A DNA stretch of 64,000 nucleotides. Origin: Plasmodiophora brassicae (Eukaryota). The position numbers and the translations under genes were made by a program. The stretch covers positions 186,001-250,000 of the forward strand of contig CP145415.1 in assembly GCA_036867785.1 (NCBI GenBank). Reading direction: 5' to 3'. Below are positions 23,031 to 36,840 of the stretch, piece by piece. Within the stretch, counting starts at the first letter, position 1, and each line of letters begins with the position of its first letter. The notes beneath the pieces were generated by a model that was not told the origin of the DNA, searched no databases, and worked only from the letters and a program-made list of their open reading frames with translations.

Positions 23031-25101
23031 TTAGGTCGTATTTGGCTGGCGTTCCCGCACGCGCCCTTCGACAACGAGCCGCAGCGGCCTGTTCTGATCG
23101 CGGTACCGCTCCAGCATCCAGATGACCAGGTCCGGGATGCGCCGATCCAGGACCGATTCGACAATGCGGCCGTCCTTGTAGGCCGTGCAACCATCGCCAC
23201 AGTTGGCGATGAACAGCGACGTGGCCACCCGGTACCTGCGTCGTCCATCCCAGTCAGCTACCGATGTAGGCCGTCGACGGGCGTCCACTGCCTACATACG
23301 TTCGGTTCGGGTCGATTGGTTCGCCATGCAGCGTGAACTTGGTGATCCGGGACCCGACAGGGAGGTCCCGGTCGAACTCGATTGCAACGCTCCGGGAGAA
23401 GTGGGGGAACGACCCGGCCGGACTCGGGAACTGGGACAGGTGTTGCTCGATGGCCGCCGTATACGATGCTTTGAAACGCGCTCAGACACACGCGGCACAG
23501 GACGAACGCCACGTGTTACCTCCCGCGATGTCGATGCAGCAGGCGTGCTTGCTGCCAGAGATCAGGGGCGCGTGTCAGTACATTGCCGCAGCGAGGAAAC
23601 GAACGATCCGGCCCGTACGGGAACGGCATCTCCTCGTAGAGCAGACGGCGCGTGATGTCGACACCATCCTCGGGGTACAGACGGTCACCGCGAATGAACC
23701 CACCATTGATGCAGGCGAGATCCGGTTCGGCACCGTGTGCCATGAAGAACGAGTACTGCACAGAGACGAGACTCAGAGAACGTCCAAAGCGCGACGGCGA
23801 CGACTACCATTGCGTCGGCGACCAGGTTGCCGCTGGACGCCTCGCAGACGCGAACCGTACTGGTTCGCGTGTCGAGCTGCGCCCCTGTGCAACGCACGAG
23901 AACCTCGTCCAGGTCGACTTCCGGGTCGACAGGCTCGAACTATGGCACGATCATCTATCAGTCGACGGGCGGTGCCGGGCAACGCAGCACGACCACACCT
24001 TCTCCTGACAGCGACGAACAATGTCGATACAGGCGGGGTCCTCATCGGTGTTGCAGGTCGAGTGCATCGAGTACGACAGGAAGAATTCGACGCCATCGGC
24101 GCCGTCCTTCCTGCGCCAGTGAATGTCGACGACGCCGACCCAGTACGCGTTCTGCCCACACTTCAGCACGAGTTGCCCGTTCTGGAGCTGAGAGAACGGG
24201 TCACTGCGAGTGCGCCATCAGCGCGTCGCCCCCACATCGGTGTGGACGGGACGTACTGGTCGTGCCCGCCGAGCACAATGTGAACCTCGGGGCACTCCTT
24301 GGCCAGGTCGACATCGGCAGCGAGGCGCAGGTGCGTCAGTGCAATAATCAGGTCGGCGCCCTCCTGTTGCAGAGCGGCGACGGCCTGCTTCGCGGTGGCA
24401 ATCACGTCGTGGAAACGCGTCAGATCGCAGGGGTACGACCTGTGCGCAGGGAGGAATCGTCGGTCATTAGCAAGCGACAGACACAGCAGCAGCAGCAACG
24501 AACGAACAGTTTCGGTGTGGCCGGCGTGCAGACGCCAAAGACGCCCAGGCGCAACCCGGACCGGGTCACGACGACCTTGCGGTCGATGCACCCGGGCAGC
24601 ATCCTGTTCTCCGGCAGCTTGGTGACGTTGGCGCCGTACCAGTCGAACTTCGACTCGCCGATGCGCCTCTCCAGGACGCTCGTCGAGAAATCAAACTGAG
24701 GGAGTTCGCGTTCGCGTGTCAGGAAGAGCACATGCGCGATGGGGCGGGCAGGGCTCCCACCTCGTGGTTGCCGAGGACGCACGCGTCAATGCCAATGTGG
24801 TTGAGGATCTCGATGACCACTTCGCCTTTGCTCTGTTCGGCCAGCAGGGACCCGCCCAGGAAGTCGCCGTTGACGGTGACCAGGCAGTCTACGTGGAACA
24901 CACGGGTTGGGGCATTGCCAAGAACAGCAACGTACGCGTCTGGGGGCGCGTACCGCCTTGATGGCCCCGGCGCAACTCGTTGATCAGGGTGCTGGCGGCG
25001 GCGAACCCGCCATGCCCGGACGCCTTCTCGAACGTGTACACGTCGTTGATGGTGACCAGGCGGGACGTGCGCCAGCTCCTGTCGACATCTCCGACGGTCA
25101 T
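23031..25101 (-). CDS. 5'-nucleotidase/apyrase-family metallophosphoesterase, multi-exon
   Basis: Motifs TINDVY, NGDFLGGS, LGNHE/FD, IALTH, LGGHD, KCGQNA, INGGFIRGDR and FPHFS. Confidence 0.88.
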
Positions 25102-25609
25102 GGCGCCAGACGGTACCCCTTGGCCCCACAGACGCCGGTCGAGGATCGCGGCAGGCACGCAGAAGACGACCCCGCCCGCCCGAGTGAGGCCTGGCCAGAG
25201 TGGCCCGCCTAAAAATACCTTCGGTGGGGTCGCTCCAACGCGTGCCCAGCACTGCCTGGAGGAGTCGGGAACAGGTCGTCAGTCACGATTCACGAATTCG
25301 CCGAGACGACGACGCTCTGGCGGGATGCTGCAACGGCGCAGCTGGGTGCGAACAATGGAAACAGACTCGGGATCATCACGGGTTGTGCACACGAGCTGCG
25401 CATGTGAGCTCAAGCGTCCACAGACGAATGAACTGACCAGGCGGCCAGCCGCTGAAACGATGCCTAACAGGCGACAACAACACGTTCAGGTTCCGGCGCT
25501 TATCTCCAGTGCTTTCCTGATTTGGCGGCGATGGATATCCCCGCTGCGGAGTCCGTGGCGGACTGCGCGGCTGTTCGATTTGTTTGTTCGAGAAAAGGGG
25601 AAGAGGCGG

Positions 25610-25830
25610 CCTGTCAGAATGGCGCGCCCGCAACTGCGAGCCGGAATGAGAGCAAGCAGTACGGTCATCGTGGGAGCCCGGGTGCGATACGAATGAGCGC
25701 ACCCGGGTCCCTGCCTCACGCTCAGCGAGCGCGCCTGTGTATCATCGTCCAGGTCGGTTGATCTGTCATTTTTGGGAATGACAAGACAGGGGAATTCACT
25801 ATAGAAGTGATCCTGTACAAGTATGATCTT
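25610..25830 (-). ncRNA. U3: U3 snoRNA, copy 1
   Basis: Same box A'/A/C'/B/C/D order and terminal stem as copy 2. Its 5' end lies about 125 nt downstream of the CCA-adding enzyme stop codon. Confidence 0.94.
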
Positions 25831-25855
25831 GAAGATTCGCCGCCGGCCGCCAGCC

Positions 25856-25898
25856 CTACAAATAGCACCATGCCGGGCTACCACGTCCAATGGGTCCG
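25856..25898 (-). promoter_or_regulatory. Candidate U3 promoter elements (TATA-like CTATTTGTAG near -30; CCCATTGGACGTGG near -60)
   Basis: Both motifs are unchanged between the two U3 copies while neighbouring bases differ. Function is inferred from position only. Confidence 0.4.
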
Positions 25899-25954
25899 CC
25901 GCGCAGCAACCGAACGTACTACGCCCATAACGGCAAGAGATGGCTTAAACAATT

Positions 25955-27909
25955 TTACACTTGCATTGCATCGCAGGAGGACCCGGGTGACACCGGCGGG
26001 TTGTTCTGGACGTATCTGGTGAGGAACTCGGTGACCTCGTCGACGTTGCTGAGCGGGTAGAGGACGCGCCACTCGAACTGGCGCTCGAGCAGTTCGCCGA
26101 CCTGTGGCCCGGTGACGCCGAACTTTTCCTTGATGTCGTTGCCGTTCAGCAGCGGCGTCCACTTGTGCAACTTCTTGATCTCGGACGAGTCGATCCAGTT
26201 CTTGAGGCAGCGCAGCGCGCTGGCCGATTCCGGGTACAGGATGTGGCACATGGCGAACACGTGGCGCCAGTCCGGGCCCATCTGGCGCAACAGCTTCCCG
26301 ATCGAGATCACTGGACCCAGGTTCAGGGGATGGAAACGAACAGTCACCAGGCGGATGACCAACCATGATGGGCGGTGGGTCGGCCTGGACGATAATGGGC
26401 AGTGGCCAGCATTCGCAGCTGCGGCGCATTCGACAGCAGATGGAAGACGCGCTTGAACAGGTCGTTGGGAAGCTGACCGGACGATTAGGTCGGCCGCGCA
26501 GGACAGCGCACAACATTGGAACGCACCTTGAGCCCTTCCATGATGATGTACCGGATGACGGGGACGTCCTTGCCCTTCTCGACATACGTCATGTCGGCGA
26601 ACGGCGACAGGAACGACGAGAACAGGAGCAGTCGTCGCGCGGGAATGTCGAGCGAGACGTTCGGCTCCTTGAAATGCCTGTGCAGTGCGAGTCAGTCGAG
26701 GCGTCGTCGCTGACGTTTGCCCAGGCGTACTTCGCGGCAAGCGCCATGGTATCAAGGGCCTGTTGGGCGCACTTGTCCAGGTCGGGTGGCGAGACGGCGG
26801 GCAGGCGCAGGCAGATGGGCGAGTAGAACTTGTACTGCACGATGGCCCTGGCGCACTCCTCCGCGTCCGAGTGCTCGTCGAAGAACATCTTATGCAGCTC
26901 GATGCCGACCCGCTCGCGGCTGACCTTCTCGGCCAGGTGCATCCGCGTCGACGAATTCAGCATGGCCTCGTGCAATTTCGGTGCGAACCTGAATCGCAGT
27001 CGGCCCATGAACCGAATCGCCCGAAGCGCGCGCAACGGGTCGTCCAGGAGCGTCTGCAGCGGCTCCACTGGCGTTCGGAGCGTCCTTGTGTGCAAATCCT
27101 CCAAGCCCTGGACACTGCATTAGCTGCGAACCGGTGGAGCGCACCCGGATCCGACGCACCTGACAGGTCAGGTCCTCGACGTCACCCGTGTTGATGTTGT
27201 AGAACAACGAGTTGATGGTGAAGTCACGACGCAGCGCATCGTCCAGTGCAGTGCCCTGCGTCTTCGGCAGCGTCAGTACTGAATATTGGTATAGCGGGCG
27301 CGAAATAGCGACGACAACGTACGATGCTGGGGATGCGACTGTTCGCTTCGTACACCTCCGTGCGCAGGCTGTTCACGTCGAGATCGATCCCGAACAGCTT
27401 CAGCGTTGCCGTTTCGAGATGTTTCGACTGATCAGGGTTCGCCTTGATGACGCCCACGTTGCTGCAGCGTTGATCTGCGGGCCCGCATCAGCGAACGGCA
27501 GCGAGGCAGTAGGCATTGCGTCTGATTACGCTTCTGTTGGCGAGCGAAGCTCTGCAGCTTCCTGGCAAATGCGACCCCGTTCATGTCGTCGACGGTGAGG
27601 TCGATGTCCTTGGTTTCTTTGCCTAACAGCTGAAAGAATGCGCGCCGCCGGTCAGTGGGGGGGCGCGAATACAGATTCGACAGGGCGTGGACGAACCTTA
27701 TCGCGGACCCAGCCGCCGGCGGCACGCACGGTCGTCCCCAGTTTGTAATGGTCGAGCGCGTCGCGTATGGTGCCGAAGAGCGTAATCTCGACGGGCGTCA
27801 ACCGGACCAGCATCTTCTTGGTCACCTCGGCGGCTGTCCTGGCCCGCTTCGTTGGCGACATGTCGGCGTCCGCGTCAGCCGTCGAGCTGCTGGAATGCTT
27901 CCCGGACAT
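25955..27909 (-). CDS. CCA1: CCA tRNA nucleotidyltransferase (class II), multi-exon
   Basis: VRAAGGWVRDK/LLG..KDIDL, ANPDQSKHLETAT, DALRRDFTINSLFYNIN, DDPLRALRAIRF, KVSRERVGIE. Start codon is uncertain. Confidence 0.93.
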
Positions 27910-28161
27910 GGGCCGCCCCGCGCAGTCCGCCGCGCTTTGTGAGCAACGCCAGCCCCAGGCAGCATAGGCGCTTGCTGCGATGGTGCCCGGCCCCACTGTG
28001 GGAACTGCAACAGTGGCCCCGTGGTGGCTGTGAGCTGCAATACGCCAGTGGCAGCTGCAGCGCACGTGCGACTGCTGTGAGCTGCAATACGCCCGTGGCA
28101 ACTGCAACGCTCTCCGTGGCCGTGAACTGCAACTGCCCCCCGTTAACAAGGAGCTGCACCA

Positions 28162-29442
28162 TCAGGCGGGCTGCTTTTTATTGAGGACGGTGCAGGACGT
28201 TCTCCAGATGAAGGCGTCCTTGACGGTGGCGGCGCGGACGGTGAAGATGGGGTCGGGGGCGGCCGCCGTCCGGAACTGCAGCTGGAGTGGGTCGTTGCCG
28301 ACCGGGTCCAGGCCGGTCACCACCACCGATTTCCATTTCGGGCCGTTCTCCTCATCGCTCCACTGCAGCAACCCGCCCTGGCCCGATTTTGCCTAAGGAA
28401 GTCGCAACGCCGATCTCAGACTCGCGAATCACGCTGCGCGCAACAGGCCTGGTACCTGATGCAACCGGAACCACCGACGGTGCTCTTTCTGCAGCGGCAA
28501 CTCGTCAGATCACAGACGGAGACAGCCTTCGGGTGAATCGACCGTGGAGAATGCTTTGGCGAAAAAACTTTTCGACCGGATGGGCTTCTCGAGGTACCCC
28601 TGGACGATGATGACGACCTGTTTGCCGAGTTGTGTCAGAGGGACACCACATGACACGCCCAGCGACGTTACGTTGTTGTTGGCGTCGCGGACCAGGTCGA
28701 TGTCGGGCGTATCCTTGTACGGGGCGGATGGTGATGACAAGGGCGTCGCTACCGGAGGTTCGGCCCTTGTCGTCAGCCTTGGTGACGTCCCTGGAGACGC
28801 CTTCGACGGCACATCTTCTGCGGTGGTGATGGACAGCAACTGCTTCCGCGACTCCTCCTTCTTCATCGTATGCTCGCGGATCTGTGCCATCAGCTGAAAC
28901 GGGGCAGTCAGTAGTCTGGAAGGCGGCACCGATCAGTGTGGGCCCTGCCGGGGAGAGGCTGAGCGTCCTCCGCGCCAGGTACTCGCGAGTCAGTTTGCGC
29001 TCCTTGATGGCCATGGCCTGGATCAGGCGCTCGCGTTCCTCGGTAAAGTAGATGGGGATCGCCATGAAGTCCAGCGGGTCCGACTCGAACTGAACCTAAC
29101 GGCCCAGCATGAGTCCCCAGCCCGCGCGTCGATCGTTCGCATCGCATGCGTTACGCGCAGCAGGCTCGGCGAGTTCCTGTCCACCCAGACGTCGACAATC
29201 GACGACAGGAACCTGGTGGTCGACAGGCTCCTGTCGGACGGGTCGTCCATCGTGACCGACCGGTCGGGGTTGATGGTCCACAGGCACGGTCGCAGGCGCC
29301 CGGCGCATCGCACAGGCGATTCGGTGAGAAACGGCGGCTCGTACCGGTAGACGGTGAACCGCTGGCAGGCGACCTCCTTGGCGCCAACCGGCGCGTTCCG
29401 CAGCACAACGCCTTCGTTGTCCCCGGTTCTGCCATCCGCCAT
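28162..29442 (-). CDS. Multi-exon protein with probable PH domain(s)
   Basis: Chain of minus-strand exons. C-terminal IVQGYLEK...LLQWSDE...FTVRAATVKDAFIW resembles a PH fold. Confidence 0.5.
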
Positions 29443-29573
29443 ACCGCTAATGGGCGGCGACCCGTCGTACCGTCCGCGATCGTGCCGGACAACGTGGGCA
29501 CGGGACGACGAACCAACGAAGACGACGTTCGGTACGTATAAACAACGGTGCATATAATAGGTGCCGGGGGCGA

Positions 29574-32500
29574 TCAGGGCCGACGTTGCCGCAACGATCG
29601 GGGCGTTGCGGCTGGCAGTGGGGTCTGCAGGCGCGACTGACTTCGCGTTGTACGCGGCGTGATCAGCGGGTTCGAAGGCGTTGCCGGTGCTTCGTCCAGC
29701 GGGCGTCGCACTCGACGCGGGGTCTTCGCCGCCGACGCGGGCGCGTCCCGCCGGCGAGGCTTTCCAGGCGTTGTCGTCGGCTTTGCATCGGATGGCGGTT
29801 CGTTCTCGGAAACCATAACGAGCCGTCGACGTGGTCTGGCGGGAGTCGCTGCTGCTGTAGGCTCAGTGGGCGCCACCAGCGGAATGGCAAACGCTTTGGC
29901 GGCGGGATGTCGCGCTGAGGAAGCGCCTGGAAGTGGGGACGGCACAAGACCGTCGATCTGGCGCGGCGGTGGCGTCAGTGGAATCGACAGGGACATTGGG
30001 AGTTTCGATGGCGAGCAGGGCGCAGGTCGCGCTGGCGCGTTCCGCGTTCGAACAGGGATGCCATAGCAGACGGGGGACGCGCCGACCAGGCTCTTCAGCT
30101 TGCAGACGCGCCGGGCGCTGGACACGGAGGCACACAGATCTGACACAGGCGGACAGTCAGCACGGCGGGTGACGCGTTCAGGACAACGCGACAGGCGACC
30201 TCTGTCGGCGGCGGGTTCGTCGAGCCAGCTATGCAGCAGGGCCTGGCTGAACCGGTCAATGTCGACGTCGGTGACATCCCACAGGTTGCCGAGGACGACA
30301 GGGCACCCAGCTTGCAGGTACGCGAGGCACATGCCGCGAGGTTCGTATTCGCCAGCGCCACGAAGCAAGCCGCTACTACAGCCGAGCAGCAGCGACGCCG
30401 AACGCACCTGTCAACCTATTTGTCAGGTGTCGGTACCAGCAGCGTGACGACACGCCCCGACCTGGTGCTTGCGAATCTGTGCGGCAGGAAGGTACTGCTC
30501 CCCCGCTGAATGGCCACAGTACAGGAACAAATCGTAGGTGGACAGCGCGTCACGAAGCTGGTCCGGGGTAGGAGGGACGCCAACCAGACCTTGCCACCCG
30601 GGGCGTTGTTTGAATTCGGGCTCCAAGCGGGCCTGGGTCTGCGGCAGGTTGCTGGACGGGTTCAGGACGTAGAACGACAGTGAGGAGTCGACCGTGAAGT
30701 CGCTTCGTCCGAGGCGCTGGACCAGCAGCGACAGACACGGGAGGCGGGCGACGGGCCGGTCAGCCAGCATCGGGAGGCTCTCCCAGGGAAGATGCTGAAC
30801 GGACGAGTCAAGTATCAGGACAGTCGGTGCGAGATTATCGGTGCCAAACTGGAGCCCCCTGATGACTGAGACGAGCGATTCGTCCACGCCCAGGTACGCA
30901 ACAGCCTCCTCAAGCTGCTTGGATGTTAAAAGCCGAGAGCCGCGAATCACGACATGGAGCAACGCGATGTCGCGCTGATCGACGATCGAGAATCGCTCAG
31001 CGATACCAGAGACAACGTGGTCGTCGACAGCGTCGAGGAAGCATCCCTTCAAGAAGGATATCCAATCGCGTTCCAGGTCGACGAGCAGATCGTTGAGTTG
31101 CCGGTCGAGGCGAATGCGAGCTGACCACCACCCACGACGCTGTTCAGCTGTCTCGGCGGATGCCTTCATCGATTCGTGGCTCTCCGAGATGATCTCGTCG
31201 AAACGCGAAAGCAGGTCGCGGGCGCTGCCGACGTCTCTGCGAACGATGAGCGGCGTTTGCTTGCGTCGCATCGTGCACAGGACCAGATGGTCGCCGTCGA
31301 GTTTGACCATGACGACGGTCCACTGGGCCGGCAGCCGATCGATGCAAGACGACTGCAGCTTGGCTGCTTGCGAACGCAGGGTGGTCGGTGCAAGAGCGAG
31401 CCGAGCGAACTGGGTCTCCAAGGCGTTGTCCTCGAACGATCGGCCATCCAGCACCACCTCGGTCTGAGCAGTAACCGCCATCCCTGCGAGAACCAGTCGG
31501 CAACTACAAGGATGACAACAACCCACAGGTACCTGATGACAATGCGAACGCTGCCACGATGGGATCGGTGATACCATACGCGTTCGTCGTCAGCGACGAC
31601 AGCGTCCTTCTGAGGTCGGGAACCTATACGCCCAGAAATGTCAGTCATACGTTGCGTTCGCAGAGAGGGGCACGCGTTGTCACGAACAGGAGCGTTCCAG
31701 CTCAGTTGCCACGCCTGGCCAAGGTACAGCCGGGCTTCTTGAAGCGCTTTAGAAGGTTGTTCAGCACGCGTCCAAGTGGTCGTGTCCGTCTTCAGCAAAG
31801 CAACCTTGGCGAGCAGCGTGAAAGCCCAGCAACGGGCAATGGCACTAAGCTGGTCGTCGTAGGCCAACCCGCGAAGCTCATCGATACCAGACTGGGGAGC
31901 GCCCTGACACGTGTCGCAGAGCCGATGGAACATGCACGATATCAGGAACGCGGGACCTGCAGTGGACTCTGTGAGCGACCAGCATTTGCAGGAATCGTTG
32001 GACATACCTTTACGTAGCGAGTCCCGTGAAGGAACAGAGAAGGTCGCCGGCGAATCCACACACTCCAAGCAACGAAGGTATTCAGCAGCGAAACCTAAAT
32101 CCAACGTGCTGGACGTTTCTGACAACTGAGCCAGCAGGTCAGATGCTTCGGCGGCGTTCTTGCGACGCTGGGCAATTCGAGCCAGGCCCCATCGGCCCAG
32201 GAACCGACAATCGTGTGCGGATAAGGAATCGGCAGATTCGACACACTGCCTGAGGTAGTAATGGGCCTGCACGTGGAACCCGGCCATTTCGAGAAGCATG
32301 CCATGATGGAACAGCCTCTGTGGCAGTCGGGAGATGGGCGGTTCGCCCGAAGCCCGGTATTCGAACCTCACAGCGGCTTCAGACGCAACCAGGGCGTCAA
32401 TGAGATCACCATTGAAACAGTGTACCTCGGCGATGGAGGACGCACGTTGAGCGCGATCGGCGTCGGTTTCGCACACAGCCGATGTCAGCCCCGATATATT

Positions 32501-35303
32501 CCTCGAACAGCATAGCTGGCGCAAACGTATGGCTGTAAGCGTCGAGTCGGTACATGGAAGACTGGCAATGGGCAGCAGGCCACATAGATCCCGGACAACG
32601 TCGATGACAAGCGGTGAGACAATTGGGCGTTGACGTAGGAGAAGCAGGCATGTCTGAGCTAGCGGGACATAGGCTTTACGTGTGCATTGCGCTTCAAGCG
32701 CCAGTGCAACGTCCAGATCGTTCATGGGCACCGTCAGTTCGATGGGCAATGACGACGATTGCAACGACCGGGCGATCTCAGAGACCAGAGACCGGAGACA
32801 GGTTGGCACAGGCGGGATCGCTTCACACACACGTAGGTTCAGCGCTTTATCTGCGCATAGTCACCATCATCAGCAAACAACGCCTGCGAGCACTCGTTAA
32901 AAACACATACCCAGTAGCTCTTGAGAACGCGCTACCGACAGCAGGTCGTGCGACTGGTCGACTTCAAGCTGGGCCAGCCACACATAACACTGTGCTTGCG
33001 TGTCCTTGTCCCGACACGTGTCAAGCACGCTCATCACGTGGCGCTTGGCGTCATCGAAACGCTGCACGTTTCGTAAAAGGGCAACCAGGTCGAAGCGTTT
33101 CCCTCTGCATAGACATATTCATCAGCGATGTCAATGGAATTTGCATACCAGAGTGGACCTTCCAGGTCTAAGCTGCACGAACCGCTCCAGTGTGCAGATC
33201 TTTGCATGCTTGAGACTGCCAGAAGGGTACGACCCGTACACGTCCAGCTCCAGCTCCAGGACCAGCAGGCGCAGGTCGTCTGCTGTTTCTTCCGAGTCGA
33301 GCAAATCAGCCGCGGTCCCCTGAGGGGTCGTTAGTTGTTAAACGTGTGCCAACACGACCCACCAACGACATACCGTCGCGTTGTGGTCCGAGCCCAGCCG
33401 ATGCTGGTGTTTAACGTAGGAGTGAATGGCGGATTCGAGGAAGGTTTGCCTGCGATCCTGATCGCCAACCGCGGCACACTGACGGAAATACCCACGGAAA
33501 TGCACGAAGGGATCGGGGGCACCTGCAATGCATGTCAGAGCAGCGCGTACGACGAGCAATTGCCGCTGGGGGACCTTGGCGAACATGGATCGTCGTCAGC
33601 ATGTCAAGGCATTTCCCGAATCGGACAGGGTCATCGTCGTGCAGAACGAGGAACGACAACGTGTTCTCCAGTAGCTACAGGGAGCAGTATCAGACCGCGA
33701 CTGCCAACAAAGCGTTGACCAGGCGACACTACCACGCGGGCCCTCGGCAAGTGCTCGGCCTGATTGTAAATCAGCACGCACGCGTTGTACAGGGTCCCGA
33801 TCAGAATGCCCCGACTTGCTGTGGAGCATGCTGTCCGTTGCAGAAGGGTTTGACCAAGGCGAACGAGGGACACAATCCTGTACCAACGCTGCGTCAGTGC
33901 AGGTGAAGCGAGAGATGTGGGCGCACACCTGCCTTTCAATTGCACACGTGGCAACATGAAACGAGCACTGAAAGCATCGAATCAAATATTCCAGGTTGGA
34001 CAGAGCGTCGGAGCTCTTCTCAAACAGGATGGAGAAGTGCGACGCCAAATCAGGGTTCTGGTCGACCAGAGAAATCAGGGCCATTCCAGTAGAGCAGTCG
34101 CCCGCGTTGACAGCAAGGAATTGTCGACGAACAATGTCCATTCCTAGTCGGAACGACTCGAGCGCGACACTGTCCGATTCGTGGGACATCGATAGAGCAC
34201 GGGATGATGCCGCAAGCGCGGCCGACACGCCTTCCCGGGCCAGAATTCGCCACCAGGACGCGAGCTCCTGCAGGGTCGGGTCTCGCCTGGAAATCGAATC
34301 GATGACGCCGAGCAACCGTCGTAGAGTGTTTCGATCGGATCGGATGCAGGCGAGTCGTACGGCGCGGTACAACCATTTCAGGGACGACGTGACACACTGA
34401 TCATGCCCGATCTGGTCGACCACATTCAACAGAGCAACGAACACTTCGTTCTGACGACCGTCATCCTGGCCCTCCAATGCCTTGAACAGGCATCGCGTGA
34501 AGCGCTCGGATTCGTCGTCCTGGTTGCAGCGTACCAGCAGTCTCAGCGAGCACAACCGCCACTGCCAACGCCGGTCGCCAGTACAGACGGACGCGGCACT
34601 ATACGCCGAGCTGTGCAGCGCAAGCAAGGAACGATCTGTGTTAGCAACCCATGTCAGCACCCAGTTAACGTGCTGCTTAACAGGGGGTTCGTCACCGGAA
34701 TCACCCGCTGGAAGCCGTGATGCCCAACGCAGGCCGCCGGACTCGAACTCGTCGACATCGACCGATTCGGGCGCAGCGTTCACCAGCGAGCAACGCGCGC
34801 GGATGTGCAATTTCGCCTACAACGCAACGACACATTACTGGCATGCGCTGAACACATAAACGAGGTGGCACCCGACCAGAAGTAGTAGATCGGCATCGCG
34901 TGCGTTCACCGGCAGCAGGCCCAGCAGATCACGGGCCTGTTCGGCCTCCAGCGCCTTGTCCGATGCGGCCCTCGACAATCGGCTCAGCATCTGCCCGTGC
35001 AGTTGGAATAGCGCCAACGGGCCGCCGTTTAGCCGGTCGCGAACTGAGTACAATTCCGACAGCGCCCTGAATCCCGCCCTAAATCGAACGCTGCGCCCAT
35101 CTGCATACACGTTGACCACTGCCGACCCGTCGACGGGCGGGGCACCTACCGGCCACGACCTTGGCGCAGGCCAACAGCAGCGACGCGTCGCCGGCGCAGG
35201 CGGCGACCGCATCGGCGGCATCCGACTCGGGTACGCCCGCGCGGGTCAGCAGCCCCAGCAGGACGGCGCGCGACGGCGGCTTCCTCGTGCATGTTGTGAC
35301 CAT
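29574..35303 (-). CDS. ESP1: Separase (peptidase C50), multi-exon
   Basis: LPWESLP, FYVLNPS.NL..TQ, LFLYCGHSAGEQY (catalytic His), LLGCSSG (catalytic Cys) and GNLWDVTD.DIDRF, preceded by a long helical N-terminal region. 5' end is approximate. Confidence 0.92.
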
Positions 35304-35370
35304 GCCCCGACCGAAACCAACAATGGCGCGCAACGTCACGCAGCGCGGCGCCCCACTTCCAGCAGGCGCA

Positions 35371-35479
35371 ACATAAATAGTGGGATATGACCCCAGCACG
35401 AACGGATACCCTACTGGATACGTAAAGGTCACGGTGAAGCGCCGATGGCCGATTCGCCGAGCACCCAGAGCGGGCGGAG
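35371..35479. repeat. ~108-bp non-coding element, copy 1 (copy 2 at 36841-36948)
   Basis: ACATAAATAGTGGGAT...CCCCAGCACGAACGG...GATACGTAAAGG...GGTGAAGCGCCGATGGCCGATTCGCCGAGC occurs twice with unrelated flanks. Confidence 0.85.
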
Positions 35480-36840
35480 CTCTTTCTGCGTTGCCGCGCG
35501 ACCTCGTCCAGCTTTTCCTGCCGAACGCCGACCCGACCGGACCTCCCGCGGTCTCACCCGAGACGTTGCCGATGTTCTCGACGAGGCAGGGTCGTCGTCG
35601 CGCGCCACCGCTCCTATTCCTGGCATTCACGATGAGTGAGAGCGGCCCTGGACGAGACGACGTCCAGAGGTGATGACAATGACCACCGCGCGCTACGGGA
35701 TCCCGCTCGTGCTCGGTGCCTTCCTCGCCATCCTGACCGGGGCCGGTATCAATCGTGTCCAGAAACGCCTGCACGACCCGCCGCGCGCGTTGTGATCGCA
35801 TCCATGAAGCATGTAAATTGCCTTGGCCGCCGCCGACGACCACACTGTCAGCACGCTGTCGCCTGATCAATGCCGCCAACGTGACAACGCTCTGCTTTGA
35901 CGTCTCGTGCACGGCCGAACGCAAACATGAAGCGCTCCACGTTGCAGGCACGGGCATGATCTATTGCCGCCACGTACTAGGCAGCGACCTGCGACGAAGT
36001 CTACGTACACGTCCTGACCGACGCGGTCCACGTGTATTCCTGGGTGTAATTACGCCAGCTGGAAAGCAACAAGCTGGCACAACAGCACCTGCAAGAGAAC
36101 AAACAAAATGGAGTCCATGCGGATTGCGGCCCATTCCCCAGCAAGACCTGTGTGTGCACGCCGTGCGGCGTGTACGGAGCAAGACGACGTCACGATTCCA
36201 ACTGTCGGCGTCGTTCGTCGCAGTGCCCCGGGCTGCGACGACGAGGATCCAGGATATGGATCAAGCACAGCTCCACGCCTATGCCGCGCAGCGCATGATG
36301 CGTGCGCTGCGTAGGGCACGACAAGAGACTTCCGCGGTAGAAATCGGACATGTCATATCAGGCGATATGCTGATGATGTGATGATCAGAATCGCTATCAA
36401 GCAGCTCTTAGGGTTGGCGAGCAGGTCCTGCGGGCCGCCATCAACGCAGGGCACCCGATTGATAATCCGCGTGCGTTGGCGCAACGGATGCTTGACGCAG
36501 CTATTCAAGGCTATAATGTTTCAAGTGATTCGCCGTCGCCTCCCGAGTACGACTCAGGAAGTGGCAAAGATGATGCCGACCCTCCACCACCTCCGTACCA
36601 GCAGGCCCCTACCTAGCATCGCTCGTACGTACTGATATACAACCTGGCAACGCCGGCCCGGCAACAGCCCGACGTCATGAGGTGCATTTACAGTTCGTTG
36701 CGTGCGGATTGGGAGTCGGAACTCCCAGCCAGCGCTCCAATGCGGTCTGTAGGTGGGGTGCACCCGCCAGGCAACACACACACCACCGCGAGCCGTGACC
36801 AGCCAGTCATGTGACGCGATGAGCCAACCGCGCACGTCGC

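Noticed and set aside
25486-25890. Protein-coding ORFs over 25486-26022 and 20297-20652
   Set aside because: They overlap the U3 snoRNA genes and the duplicated CCA gene tail.
27990-28140. GAGCTGCAATACGCC / GCAACTGCA short repeats upstream of the CCA gene as a distinct element
   Set aside because: Two short copies in low-complexity sequence are too weak to support a functional call.
35445-35480. HDV-like ribozyme (GGCGAAT motif) or U5 snRNA (CCTTTAC) in the 108-bp element
   Set aside because: I could not build the nested pseudoknot in both copies, and the U5 loop needs GCCUUUUAC in a closing stem, which is absent.
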